Of a stretch of 64,000 nucleotides of DNA, positions 17,986 to 26,499 are shown piece by piece. The translations under genes were made by a program, and so were the position numbers. Origin of the DNA: Kiritimatiellia bacterium (GTDB lineage Bacteria > Verrucomicrobiota > Kiritimatiellia > SLOV01); NCBI GenBank assembly GCA_963578625.1, contig CAUZEO010000002.1, positions 8,460 to 72,459 on the forward strand, given 5' to 3'. The notes beneath the pieces are model-generated. The model made no database searches. It had not been told where the DNA came from and saw only the letters and a list, made by a program, of their open reading frames with translations. Each line of letters begins with the position of its first letter. Positions within the stretch are counted from its first letter, which is position 1.

Positions 17986-19469
17986 ACGGTCCTCCTATCC
18001 ACCGGTAAGCCCGCTGACTCGCCCCGTTCCCGGGGCTCCCGCGCAGACGCGGATGCCGAGGAATCGGCGGTGTCCCGGAGGAGCCGGTCGACGACGTTGA
18101 GCGCGCTCTCAATGCAATCGGGGATCCCGATGCCCCGATATGAACTCCCGGCGAGGTAGATCCCGGACAAGCGCCGAACCCGCTCCTCCACTGCGGCCAC
18201 GCGTTCCAGGTGCCCCACGTCGTATTGCGGATTTCCCTTCGGCCACCGGAACAGCTTCTCGATCACCGGCTCGCAGCGGATTTTCATCAGGTCGGACAGT
18301 TCGTCCAGGACCAGGCGCCGGATTTCCTCATCGGACTTCTCGGCCACCGGCTCCTGCCTCGCTCCACCCACGAACACGCGCACCAGCGCCATCCCTTCCG
18401 GAGCCCGGAAAGAAAACTTCGTGGAGGACCAGGTGCAGGCCAGGATGTTTCGTTGTTCCCGATGCGGCACCATGAACCCAAACCCATCGAACGGCGGGAC
18501 CCCACGAAGATCCGAACAGCGAAAGCCCAGCGACAAGGTGGCCGAGGATACGCTGCGGACGGCACGCAGTGCATCGGCCAATTTTTCATCGTGTGGGGCC
18601 AGGAGACCGGCCGCGACATCGGCCGGCGCCGCCAGGACCACAGCGTCGGTGCGGAGGGGGACCTCATCCGCCGTGAGGACTTCATACCCGTCCGGGATGC
18701 GGCGCAGCCCAGTGACCTTTTCACCCGTCCGGATATCGCCGGTGAGGTTGGAGGCCAAGCGCTCGGTCAGGGTCTGCATGCCATCCCGGAAGCTCATGAA
18801 CAAGGGCGGCGGCGGCGGCTGGCCCGCCCGGGCCTTGCGGGCCCGGGTGAGACCCCGGATCAGGCTGCCGTGCTCTTGTTCGACGTCCGCGAACATGGGG
18901 TAGGTGGCCCGCAGGCTCAGCGATTCCGGGTCGGCGACGTGGATGCCGGCCATGATGGGGCCCGCCATCGCCTCCAGGGCTTCCCGTCCGAACCGGCGGC
19001 GCACGAAATCGCCAATACTTTCGTCGTCCGTGCCGGTGCGACGGGGGATCACCAGGTCCATGGCGACGCGCAGTTTTCCCGCCGGGCTGAGCAGCGGCGT
19101 CCGTACGAACGGTCCCCACTTCGTGGGCACGGCAAGGCGGAAGCCCGCCGGCAGGAGAACCAGGCGTCCCTTGCGCACGACGTATACTTTTTGAGCGGCT
19201 TCGTTGCAGGGGATCAACCGATCGGCGAGATCCAGGTCCCGGCAGAGTTGGAGGCCCCACGGTTTTTGGGTGATGAAGGAATCGGGGCCTCCCTCGATGA
19301 CGAACCCGTCCCGCCGAAGGGTTCGTACTTTGCCTCCCAGCCATGAGCCCGCCTCCAGCAGGGTGTACGCGATGGAGATTCCCTCCTCCGCACTTTTTCG
19401 CTGCAAGTAATAGGCCACCGACAGTCCGGCAATGCCTCCACCCACGATCGTTACGTGCCGAATCGCCAT
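17982..19469 (-). CDS. hemY: FAD-dependent protoporphyrinogen/coproporphyrinogen III oxidase (HemY type; named hemG in some pipelines)
   Basis: Start moved to MAIRHVTIVGGGIAGLSVAYYL (dinucleotide-binding GxGxxG) at 19469, which overlaps the hemH stop (TAATG). The length (495 aa) and motifs fit the HemY/PPOX family. The 41-codon upstream extension in the track overlaps hemH. Confidence 0.85.
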   Translation of the reverse strand: MAIRHVTIVGGGIAGLSVAYYLQRKSAEEGISIAYTLLEAGSWLGGKVRTLRRDGFVIEGGPDSFITQKPWGLQLCRDLDLADRLIPCNEAAQKVYVVRKGRLVLLPAGFRLAVPTKWGPFVRTPLLSPAGKLRVAMDLVIPRRTGTDDESIGDFVRRRFGREALEAMAGPIMAGIHVADPESLSLRATYPMFADVEQEHGSLIRGLTRARKARAGQPPPPPLFMSFRDGMQTLTERLASNLTGDIRTGEKVTGLRRIPDGYEVLTADEVPLRTDAVVLAAPADVAAGLLAPHDEKLADALRAVRSVSSATLSLGFRCSDLRGVPPFDGFGFMVPHREQRNILACTWSSTKFSFRAPEGMALVRVFVGGARQEPVAEKSDEEIRRLVLDELSDLMKIRCEPVIEKLFRWPKGNPQYDVGHLERVAAVEERVRRLSGIYLAGSSYRGIGIPDCIESALNVVDRLLRDTADSSASASAREPRERGESAGLPVDRRTV

Positions 19470-20437
19470 TATTTGGTTCTCCCGCTTTCCGCGTTTGCTT
19501 CGGATCGGGACGCCTCGACCGCGTCGGCCACGGCACGGATGAAAGCAGGGGTCGTGTTCAACGACTCCGTTCGTTCCAGACGGATGCCACACGTTTCGGC
19601 GATCTGTTTTGCCTCGATGTCGAGGTCGTAAAGTATTTCGACGTGATCGCAGACGAATCCCAGCGGCGCCACCAGGATGCCTCGATATCCTTCCTCCGCA
19701 AGCTTCGGAACGACATCTTCAAGAGAGGGTCCGAGCCAGGGCTCCGGGCTTGCGCCCGCGCTCTGGTAGGCGAAGGTCCAATCGATCTCGCCGAGCCGAT
19801 CCGCGAGAACGCGCGCGTTTTCCTTGAGTTCGTCGTCGTACGGATCGCCCTGCTCGAGAATCCGTGACGGAAGGCTGTGTGCGGTGAAGACGACTTTCAG
19901 TGGCATACCATCCCTTTCATCGAAACGAGCCAGGGCGTTGTGCGCTTTTTCTTCGAACGCGGCAAGCAGGGCGGTTTGCCGCCACCAGGAGCGAACCATG
20001 TGGAATACAATGCCGTTGCCCTGTTCGGCCTGGGCCGCTTCGATACATTCCTCGTAGCGCCCGACGCTTAGACTCGAGTAATGCGGGGCCATCACAATGG
20101 CGGTTGCCTCTCTCACACCGTCCTCCCGCATGCGCGACACCGTCTCGGCGATCCACGGTGTCCAGTGCCGCATCCCGACGTACACCGGGAGAGGTCGTCC
20201 CCGGCGATCCAGTTCCTCGCCCAGAGCGGCGGCCTGTTCTCCGGTGTGGCGGTTCAAGGGAGATCCCCCGATTGCGCGGTAACGTTCCGTCATCTCCTCC
20301 ACGAGAGCCTCGGGCGTGGGGCGTCCGCCGCGGATATCCAGAAGATACGCGGCCATGTCGCCGAGGTCGTTCGGCGTGCCGTAGGCGAGGAGCAACACGG
20401 CACGATGATTCGCATCTGGCATCGTGTTGGACATCAT
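19469..20437 (-). CDS. hemH: ferrochelatase
   Basis: 322 aa. AVLLLAYGTPNDLGDMAAYLLDIRGGRPTPEALVEEMTERYRAIGGSPL and VVFTAHSLPS blocks are typical of ferrochelatase. Confidence 0.9.
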   Translation of the reverse strand: MMSNTMPDANHRAVLLLAYGTPNDLGDMAAYLLDIRGGRPTPEALVEEMTERYRAIGGSPLNRHTGEQAAALGEELDRRGRPLPVYVGMRHWTPWIAETVSRMREDGVREATAIVMAPHYSSLSVGRYEECIEAAQAEQGNGIVFHMVRSWWRQTALLAAFEEKAHNALARFDERDGMPLKVVFTAHSLPSRILEQGDPYDDELKENARVLADRLGEIDWTFAYQSAGASPEPWLGPSLEDVVPKLAEEGYRGILVAPLGFVCDHVEILYDLDIEAKQIAETCGIRLERTESLNTTPAFIRAVADAVEASRSEANAESGRTK

Positions 20438-20823
20438 AGCACAGGCACGCCGATATGGCAGCCGCTACAATTCGTCTCCTTCCACTCTCGATCAATGTCC
20501 TCCGGGGTGAGCTGCTTGTCTTCATCCGTGGTTTGGATGATCGCCTGGTCACCGTTCTCATGGGTTGCGGGGTTCCAGGGAATCTCCAGCATGAAAAAGA
20601 AGAGAAAATTCATGCACCCCACGATGGGCCGCAAGTGCCCGAAATGTAAACCAGGATCGCGTACCATCAATTTGTTTGGCTCGACCCATGCTCTGGACCC
20701 TCGGGGGTTTCCCTCACGCGGCTGCACCTCCCGTTCGGCCTCTACAAGCCGTTTTGCGAGCACTTCATCCACTTTCTTGCGCTCGCGAACCTTGCGGCTC
20801 TTGTAGTCGTGTTGCAGACTCAT
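20434..20823 (-). CDS. small single-pass membrane protein with C-terminal CXXCH motif (hypothetical)
   Basis: ATG at 20823 (alternative GTG at 20850). Charged N-terminal 70 aa, a TM segment LRPIVGCMNFLFFFMLEIPW, then ..EWKETNCSGCHIGVPVL-stop (CSGCH at 20455-20469). The stop overlaps the hemH start (ATGATG). Confidence 0.45.
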   Translation of the reverse strand: MSLQHDYKSRKVRERKKVDEVLAKRLVEAEREVQPREGNPRGSRAWVEPNKLMVRDPGLHFGHLRPIVGCMNFLFFFMLEIPWNPATHENGDQAIIQTTDEDKQLTPEDIDREWKETNCSGCHIGVPVL

Positions 20824-21029
20824 CCCGACTCTCTCACACAGCGTCACCACCGGCAGCGTTACTGCTTCTTCCCCGGCTTTCGCCTGTCGGACAGCGTCAT
20901 AGCGTTGTTTTTTTTAAGTCCTCAGGATCAACACCCCATACGCTCACAAACGACATGAAGGCAGCCCTTCTCCAGGCAGTGATAGATCTAACTCCGACAC
21001 CACCTGACGCTTGGACGCCTCACTATACC

Positions 21030-21143
21030 TCACTCTTGTCGCTGGCATTCCACTTCCCTTTCTGCGAGGAAGTGACAACCTATTTCAGGACGGGACCGTT
21101 CAGATTGAATCTGTACGCTATAGGCTCCAATAATTCCGCACAT
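21030..21143 (-). pseudogene. remnant of a class-II glutamine amidotransferase N-terminus (AsnB/GlmS/PurF type)
   Basis: MCGIIGAYSVQ.. is the hallmark Ntn-Cys start of class-II amidotransferases. The ORF dies after 37 codons, and neighbouring frames give only scraps (RFNLNGPVLK). Confidence 0.3.
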
Positions 21144-21292
21144 CGATTTCCCCCGGCCTTCCTTGATCAGCAATTGTGCAAAGTCGGGAGGGGTCGTACA
21201 AGAACCGGCAGGCCAAATCAATTTTGATTTCCAAACGAGGGAGAAAAGATCAGGCTGCGAGTTCAGTGAAGCGATCTCCCCAGTTCAGTTCG

Positions 21293-22609
21293 ATGATCAT
21301 GGTGTTCGCATTTGCGTGGATCGTCGCGGTATTCGACTCGGCCGCATCCAATGTAGTCGTAGAAGCGTACTGGCCGCAGTGGCGCGGGCCGATGGGCACC
21401 GGCGTGGCACCCCTTGCCGACCCGCCGGTGGAGTGGAGCGAAAGCAAGAACATCCGGTGGAAGAGACGGCTCCCGGGAAAAGGGCATTCGACGCCGATTA
21501 TCTGGGGCGACCGGGTCTTCGTCACCACAGCCTTGCCTTTCGGTGATTCACTGACGCCCACATACGGCGATTCACGGGGTGCGCATGATGTTGTTCCCAT
21601 CACACAGGTTCATAAGTTCATCGTCCTGGCCGTGAGTCGCCGCGACGGAGCGATCCTGTGGCAAAAAACAGTTCACGAGGAATTTCCCCACGAAGGAGCG
21701 CACTACACGTCGAGCCTCGCTTCCCCCTCGGCGGTAACCGACGGTGAATTACTATTCGCGTTCTTCGGTTCACGTGGCCTCCATTGCCTCGACCTGGACG
21801 GCGAATCGAAATGGCAAGTAGACCTCGGCAAGATGCACCCCCTTCACGCCCATGGCGAAGGAAGTTCACCGGTGCTTCATCACGATGCCATCGTCATTCT
21901 GTGGGATCACGAAGGGCCCTCGTTCCTGGCGGCTTTTGATAAAAGGACCGGCGAAGAGCGCTGGAAGGTCACCCGCGAAGGGCTCTCGTCGTGGTCTACC
22001 CCCATCGTGGTGGAACATCACGGTGAACCCCAGGTGATCGTCAGCGGATCGAAACGCGTAATGGCCTACGACCTCGCCACCGGAAAACTTCTCTGGCAGC
22101 GTGAAGGCCTTTCGGTAGAAAACGTAGTCGCCACTCCCGTGGCAGGACACGGAATGGTATACGCCGGCAGCACTTATGACAGAAACATCGTAATGGCGAT
22201 TCGACTCGATCGTGCGGAAGGTGAGATTTCCAAGGAGCCGCCGATTGCTTGGACTCGTACCCGTGGCGCACCGTATGTGCCCTCTTTCCTCCTTTACGGA
22301 AATGCCCTTTTCTATCACCACCATTTTCAAGGCATCCTCACGCGAGTCGATGCGCTGACGGGGGAAGACCGACCGGGCCCGATCCGACTTGATGGCATCA
22401 ATACGGTTTTCGGCTCACCGATTGGTGCTGCGGGCCGGGTCTATTCAAGCGACATCCGCGGGGCGACAGTGGTATTGAGCAACAAGAACGCCCCGGAAAT
22501 TCTCGCGTTAAACAAGTTGGAAGACCGGTTTAGCGCCTCTCCTGCCGCCGCCGGCGGCGAGTTGTACCTTCGAGGCGAGCGATTCCTGTATTGCATAGCG
22601 GAAGAGTAG
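21293..22609 (+). CDS. PQQ-like beta-propeller repeat protein (BamB-like fold), secreted
   Basis: Start moved to MIMVFAFAWIVAVFDSAAS (signal). WPQWRGPMGTGVA..NIRWKRRLPGKGHSTPIIWGDRVFVTTA and repeated propeller blades follow. Confidence 0.75.
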   Translation: MIMVFAFAWIVAVFDSAASNVVVEAYWPQWRGPMGTGVAPLADPPVEWSESKNIRWKRRLPGKGHSTPIIWGDRVFVTTALPFGDSLTPTYGDSRGAHDVVPITQVHKFIVLAVSRRDGAILWQKTVHEEFPHEGAHYTSSLASPSAVTDGELLFAFFGSRGLHCLDLDGESKWQVDLGKMHPLHAHGEGSSPVLHHDAIVILWDHEGPSFLAAFDKRTGEERWKVTREGLSSWSTPIVVEHHGEPQVIVSGSKRVMAYDLATGKLLWQREGLSVENVVATPVAGHGMVYAGSTYDRNIVMAIRLDRAEGEISKEPPIAWTRTRGAPYVPSFLLYGNALFYHHHFQGILTRVDALTGEDRPGPIRLDGINTVFGSPIGAAGRVYSSDIRGATVVLSNKNAPEILALNKLEDRFSASPAAAGGELYLRGERFLYCIAEE

Positions 22610-22618
22610 CCGCGCAAT

Positions 22619-23602
22619 CTATTTGCCTTCGAGCATCGCCACCTCTTCGGGAGACAACTCCAGATCCAGTGCCCCCAGACTATCGGATAGTTGGTCCATG
22701 GTTCGGGGACCGACGATTGGCGACGACGGAAAGGGGTGATGAAAAAGGTAGGCGAGCGCGATGCGGTTGGGAGTTGTACCGCGTCGCTCCGCGAGCTCCT
22801 TCACACGGGCCAGGCGTTGAAAGTTTTCTTCGTGGCCATAAAGTTTACGGTAATCGGTGAGTGGGTCCCCAGGCACGCGCGTACCCGATAGCAGCCGGTC
22901 TCCTTTCCCGGCAAAGAATCCGGTCGCCTGCGACGCGTACGCGACCAGGGGTAGTTTTGACTCCACATGAAAAGCATGGGTCTCATCGTCCATGAACAGC
23001 ATGGTATCGTCGCCTATCTGCTTGCCGGTGGTTCGCGCAAGGCTCCAGCCGATCTGGCTGGCGCAAATCTCCGGAAGATCCGAGGATCGCGCGCACGCAA
23101 TGGCTTCCCGCAGGCGCGGCACAGTCCAATTCGAAACCGCGAGGGAACGAATTACGCGGGAATCGAGATAGGGCTTGAACACACCAAGAATTTCCGGAAT
23201 CGGCATCTCCGGGTTGTCGCGGTGCAACCAGTAGATATCGACGTAGTCCGTCTGCAGTCGCGTGAGGCTTTCGTTAAATTCCCGAGCAACGAATTCGGGA
23301 TCGAACGAAGGCCAGCGTCCCGTTTCCTTATCGAGAGTGCAACCCTTTGTCCCGACCACCAACTCGCTCCGGTTTCCGTTCGCAACCACCCACTCGCCGA
23401 TCGTCCTTTCGCTCGCCCCTGCCCCATCCGGTCTCCAGGATGCGTAGACGTGCGCCGTGTCCAGAAAATTTCCGCCCGCGGCAAGGTACGCATCCATCAA
23501 CTGGAAGACAACCCCTTGTGGAATGGTAGACCCATAGGATGCAGTGCCAAGACACAAAGCACTGGGCTTCAAATGCATGCTGGGAATTTCGATCTGTTTC
23601 AA
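22619..23602 (-). CDS. aldo/keto reductase
   Basis: 327 aa. LCLGTASYGS..AAGGNFLDTAHVYA..VVGTKG..YVDIYWLHRDN is the typical AKR layout. Confidence 0.85.
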   Translation of the reverse strand: MKQIEIPSMHLKPSALCLGTASYGSTIPQGVVFQLMDAYLAAGGNFLDTAHVYASWRPDGAGASERTIGEWVVANGNRSELVVGTKGCTLDKETGRWPSFDPEFVAREFNESLTRLQTDYVDIYWLHRDNPEMPIPEILGVFKPYLDSRVIRSLAVSNWTVPRLREAIACARSSDLPEICASQIGWSLARTTGKQIGDDTMLFMDDETHAFHVESKLPLVAYASQATGFFAGKGDRLLSGTRVPGDPLTDYRKLYGHEENFQRLARVKELAERRGTTPNRIALAYLFHHPFPSSPIVGPRTMDQLSDSLGALDLELSPEEVAMLEGK

Positions 23603-23771
23603 TTCGTCTATCCAGAGAATAGGGCCTTACCCAGTTATCACCAAATGTGCACGTCTATTGTTTGGCAAGTTCAAGACGGCAGGTAAATGAGAAAGGCGCA
23701 GGTTGGCCTAGCGGGCCGATCCGGCGTAAACCTTGATCATGAATATCGAACGGGAAAAGGGGGCCTAGAAG

Positions 23772-24290
23772 TCAAACAGGATCGGAGCCCGCATCAATTT
23801 TGAATTTTTCGAAAGGAGCCCCCCGGTGGTCGATCATCAGGCGCTGCCGTTCGCTGACGGCGGTGTCCATTTCCTCTCGTACGTTTCCATAGCAGTCAGG
23901 GCAGACACCGTGAGAGAAAGTGGCAAGCGTCTTCTGGGACACATAATGCTCCATTTCTTGCCAGTCTCTGTGCTCCACTCGCACTTTGTTGCAGTACGAG
24001 CAGCAGACGATAATTCCCCTGAGAATCCGCTGTTGCAGAAGATAGGTATGCGCCGTGGTAATGAATCCCACGATGACGATCCCCGCGCTCAAAAGGCCGG
24101 CGCCAAAGTAGTCGATGCCCGACGGGAGCGCATTATATATGCCACGGGGTAGATCAAGCACTTCATTGACCCAAATCATGCAGACCAGCATGAAGAACAT
24201 CATCCCCTGCCAGAATGCCACGCTGGTGAGCAACCGAGCGACGGTCGGCGCATCCCCCACGGGACAATTGGGTTGCCGTTTAGAAATCAT
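23772..24290 (-). CDS. membrane protein with C-terminal Cys-rich (CxxC..SHGxCPxC) module
   Basis: 172 aa. Three predicted TM segments, then IIVCCSYCNKVRVEHRDWQEMEHYVSQKTLATFSHGVCPDCYGNV. Its start lies 6 nt after the response-regulator stop, so it is the last gene of the kinase-regulator operon. Confidence 0.6.
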   Translation of the reverse strand: MISKRQPNCPVGDAPTVARLLTSVAFWQGMMFFMLVCMIWVNEVLDLPRGIYNALPSGIDYFGAGLLSAGIVIVGFITTAHTYLLQQRILRGIIVCCSYCNKVRVEHRDWQEMEHYVSQKTLATFSHGVCPDCYGNVREEMDTAVSERQRLMIDHRGAPFEKFKIDAGSDPV

Positions 24291-24295
24291 CCCCG

Positions 24296-24787
24296 TCAGG
24301 CCATCACCACGTGCTGGTTGATGTAACCAACCAATTCATTCGTCGACACCGGCTTGGCGATGTAAAATCGGCCACCGATGAATCCACCGGGTTTATGACC
24401 CAGTTCCGAGCCTTTGATGGCGGCGGTCAAAAACATGATCGGGACATCCTTTAGATCCGGCAAATCTGAAAGCTTCGCGGCAACCTCTCCCCCGTCTCCG
24501 TCCGGCATCATCACATCCAGCAGGATGATGTCCGGCCGAAAGGTCTGCGCTGCCGGGACCGCGTCCTTGGCTCGATTTTCAGTGTGCACGACGAATCCAC
24601 CATGTGTTTCCAGGTTGCGCTTGGTCAGCCGGGCGAATCCTTCTTCGTCATCAACCATCAGCACGCGAATCTTCCGCTCCCTATTGGTATCATCATCATT
24701 ATTGTCTTTCTTTCGGAAAAACTTTTTCGCCTGTTCCGCATCTGATTTCGCGGGTTTGTCTTTCTTTTTCCATAGAGTCAGTTTCAT
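24296..24787 (-). CDS. single-domain response regulator (receiver only) with Lys-rich N-terminal tail
   Basis: RVLMVDDEEGFARL..PDIILLDVMMPDGDGGEVAAKL..VPIMFLTA is a CheY-like receiver. No output domain. Confidence 0.85.
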   Translation of the reverse strand: MKLTLWKKKDKPAKSDAEQAKKFFRKKDNNDDDTNRERKIRVLMVDDEEGFARLTKRNLETHGGFVVHTENRAKDAVPAAQTFRPDIILLDVMMPDGDGGEVAAKLSDLPDLKDVPIMFLTAAIKGSELGHKPGGFIGGRFYIAKPVSTNELVGYINQHVVMA

Positions 24788-24800
24788 CGACAGGTCTCCT

Positions 24801-26030
24801 TTAGGGCACGAAAGTGATCGTGGCCCGTACCCCTCCCTCTTTGCTGTTCTTGATGTCTATCCGCCCTCCGTGGAGTTCGACAATATTCTTCGTAATGCTC
24901 AGCCCCAGGCCCGTGGCGCTTCCGACCAGTTTGGTCGTAAAGAAAGGGTCGTGAATTTTGGAGAGAACCTCCTCGGGAATGCCGCATCCGGTGTCGGTAA
25001 CTTCGACCGTTACGGCGTATTGCCCAGGTTCGTCGAGCGCCGGCTTCGCCGCTCCTTCCTTCGGCTGGTACAACGGCCTTGCAAACGTTCGCACGGTCAG
25101 GATTCCCCCGTCCGGCATGGCATCGATCGCGTTCAGGACCAGGTGAAGCAGCGCCTGTTTGATCTTGTTGCGGTCCAGCATCAAATTGGGTAACGCTCCA
25201 TCCATCTCGGGCACAAATTCGATTTCGTGTTTTCGAATTTCGTGTCGAAACATCGGCATAATCTGGCAGATGCAGGAATTAATGGACAGGGACTCCCAGT
25301 GCATCTCGGTGGGGACACAGAAATCAAGCAAGCCCTTGATGATTCCGTATGAGCGGTCAACCGCGCTTTCCATATCGTTGAACGTTTCGGCGATGTCCTC
25401 GGACAACTCGACGGCTGATTTCTTGAGGAAATCAATTCCCATCTGAATTACGGCGAGCGGATTGCGTACTTCGTGTGCAATGCCGGCGGCAAGCCGGCCG
25501 ATGGAATCCATCTTATCGATCTGAAGTAATTGTGCCTGCGTCTGCCGCAGGGATGCCTGGGATTTCTCCAGGTCTTCCCGCGCCCGGCACCGCTCGATCG
25601 CGTACCGAATTGAACGCACGACCAAGCCCTCATCATTCCCTTTGATCAAATAATCCTGCGCGCCATTCCGCAGAGCCTCCGAGATCAGATCGTCGACTCC
25701 GTGTCCGGTGAGCACGACGACCGGCACGTGAGGAGCCACCTCCCGAACCCGAACCAGGGTGTCGATTCCGCAACTCTCGGGAAGCATCAGGTCAAGCAAC
25801 ACGACATCGACCCGCGTAGCGGATAGATGGCTGGTCGCGTCGGTCAGTGAAGAAACATGAGCGGGGCGCATCGGCATTGCGCTGAACGAGGTCAGGCGAT
25901 GCATTACCAGCTTCGCATAGAGTGGCTCGTCTTCAACCAGCAGAACCCGAATTGGGGTCGCCTGCTCGCCTCCTGCTTGGTCATGGGCTCCGGCAAGTCC
26001 AGCCGTGCTCTCTAGGACTGATTCCGTCAT
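24801..26030 (-). CDS. hybrid sensor kinase: N-terminal receiver + HisKA + HATPase_c
   Basis: Start moved to ATG 26030 (MTESVLEST). [24 protein letters not shown] receiver, H-box [12 protein letters not shown], then an ATPase with DTGCGIP and GTGLGLS-like blocks. Confidence 0.8.
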   Translation of the reverse strand: MTESVLESTAGLAGAHDQAGGEQATPIRVLLVEDEPLYAKLVMHRLTSFSAMPMRPAHVSSLTDATSHLSATRVDVVLLDLMLPESCGIDTLVRVREVAPHVPVVVLTGHGVDDLISEALRNGAQDYLIKGNDEGLVVRSIRYAIERCRAREDLEKSQASLRQTQAQLLQIDKMDSIGRLAAGIAHEVRNPLAVIQMGIDFLKKSAVELSEDIAETFNDMESAVDRSYGIIKGLLDFCVPTEMHWESLSINSCICQIMPMFRHEIRKHEIEFVPEMDGALPNLMLDRNKIKQALLHLVLNAIDAMPDGGILTVRTFARPLYQPKEGAAKPALDEPGQYAVTVEVTDTGCGIPEEVLSKIHDPFFTTKLVGSATGLGLSITKNIVELHGGRIDIKNSKEGGVRATITFVP

Positions 26031-26433
26031 TATCTTTGCATTTCGTATCCGGCACAAATACGGGCCACTGGTTTTGTGCTGGTTCTCCCTAAGCAGAGAG
26101 GATGCCACGTCCAACCGGCGAGTGGGCAACACGCTCGCAAGCGCAGACCTCAATCGTTGTCTGCGTCGATGGGTGTGCAATTCACCTGAATCGCCAACCG
26201 AACGCTGATTTTCGATGAGTTTAGGAAAAATCGGTGTACTATTCGCAAAAATGAAAGGTTTTCCTCCTAGTGACAACGGATTCGGATCGGTGCGTTTTTT
26301 TGAGAGTCGTATCCAGGCTCCCGTTCGTTCGTCGCTGCGTTATCCATGTATTTACAGCAACTTATGCAAAAATAAGGGGCACTTGGGATCAGGAGACGGA
26401 CCCATGCCCGAATCCCGGTCCACGTTGGACGTG

Positions 26434-26460
26434 ACACGGGCTAATCGCCTGTGTTTTTTT
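26434..26460 (+). terminator. terminator-like hairpin plus T-run 40 nt upstream of the leuS start
   Basis: ACACGGGC (26434-41) pairs with GCCTGTGT (26447-54), 8 bp including one G-U, with loop TAATC, followed by TTTTTT (26455-60). No annotated plus-strand gene ends here. Confidence 0.35.
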
Positions 26461-26499
26461 AGCCGGACCTATTGTGGGTAACCATTTAAGAAAGAAGCG

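Noticed and set aside
18210-19346. Long antisense ORFs inside GC-rich genes: 378 aa opposite hemY, 344 aa at 29877-30911 opposite the M16 gene, 241 aa at 9681-10406 opposite czcA, and 279 aa at 43394-44233 (an alternative frame within the SLC12-like gene).
   Set aside because: They are Arg/Pro/Gly-rich with low complexity and no motifs. They lie in frames overlapping genes with strong family signatures. These are the typical shadow ORFs of high-GC DNA.
26031-26499. Possible T-box or Leu leader-peptide attenuator upstream of leuS.
   Set aside because: I found no T-box core (AGGGUGGNACCGCG-like) and no Leu-codon-rich mini-ORF. Only the terminator-like hairpin is reported.
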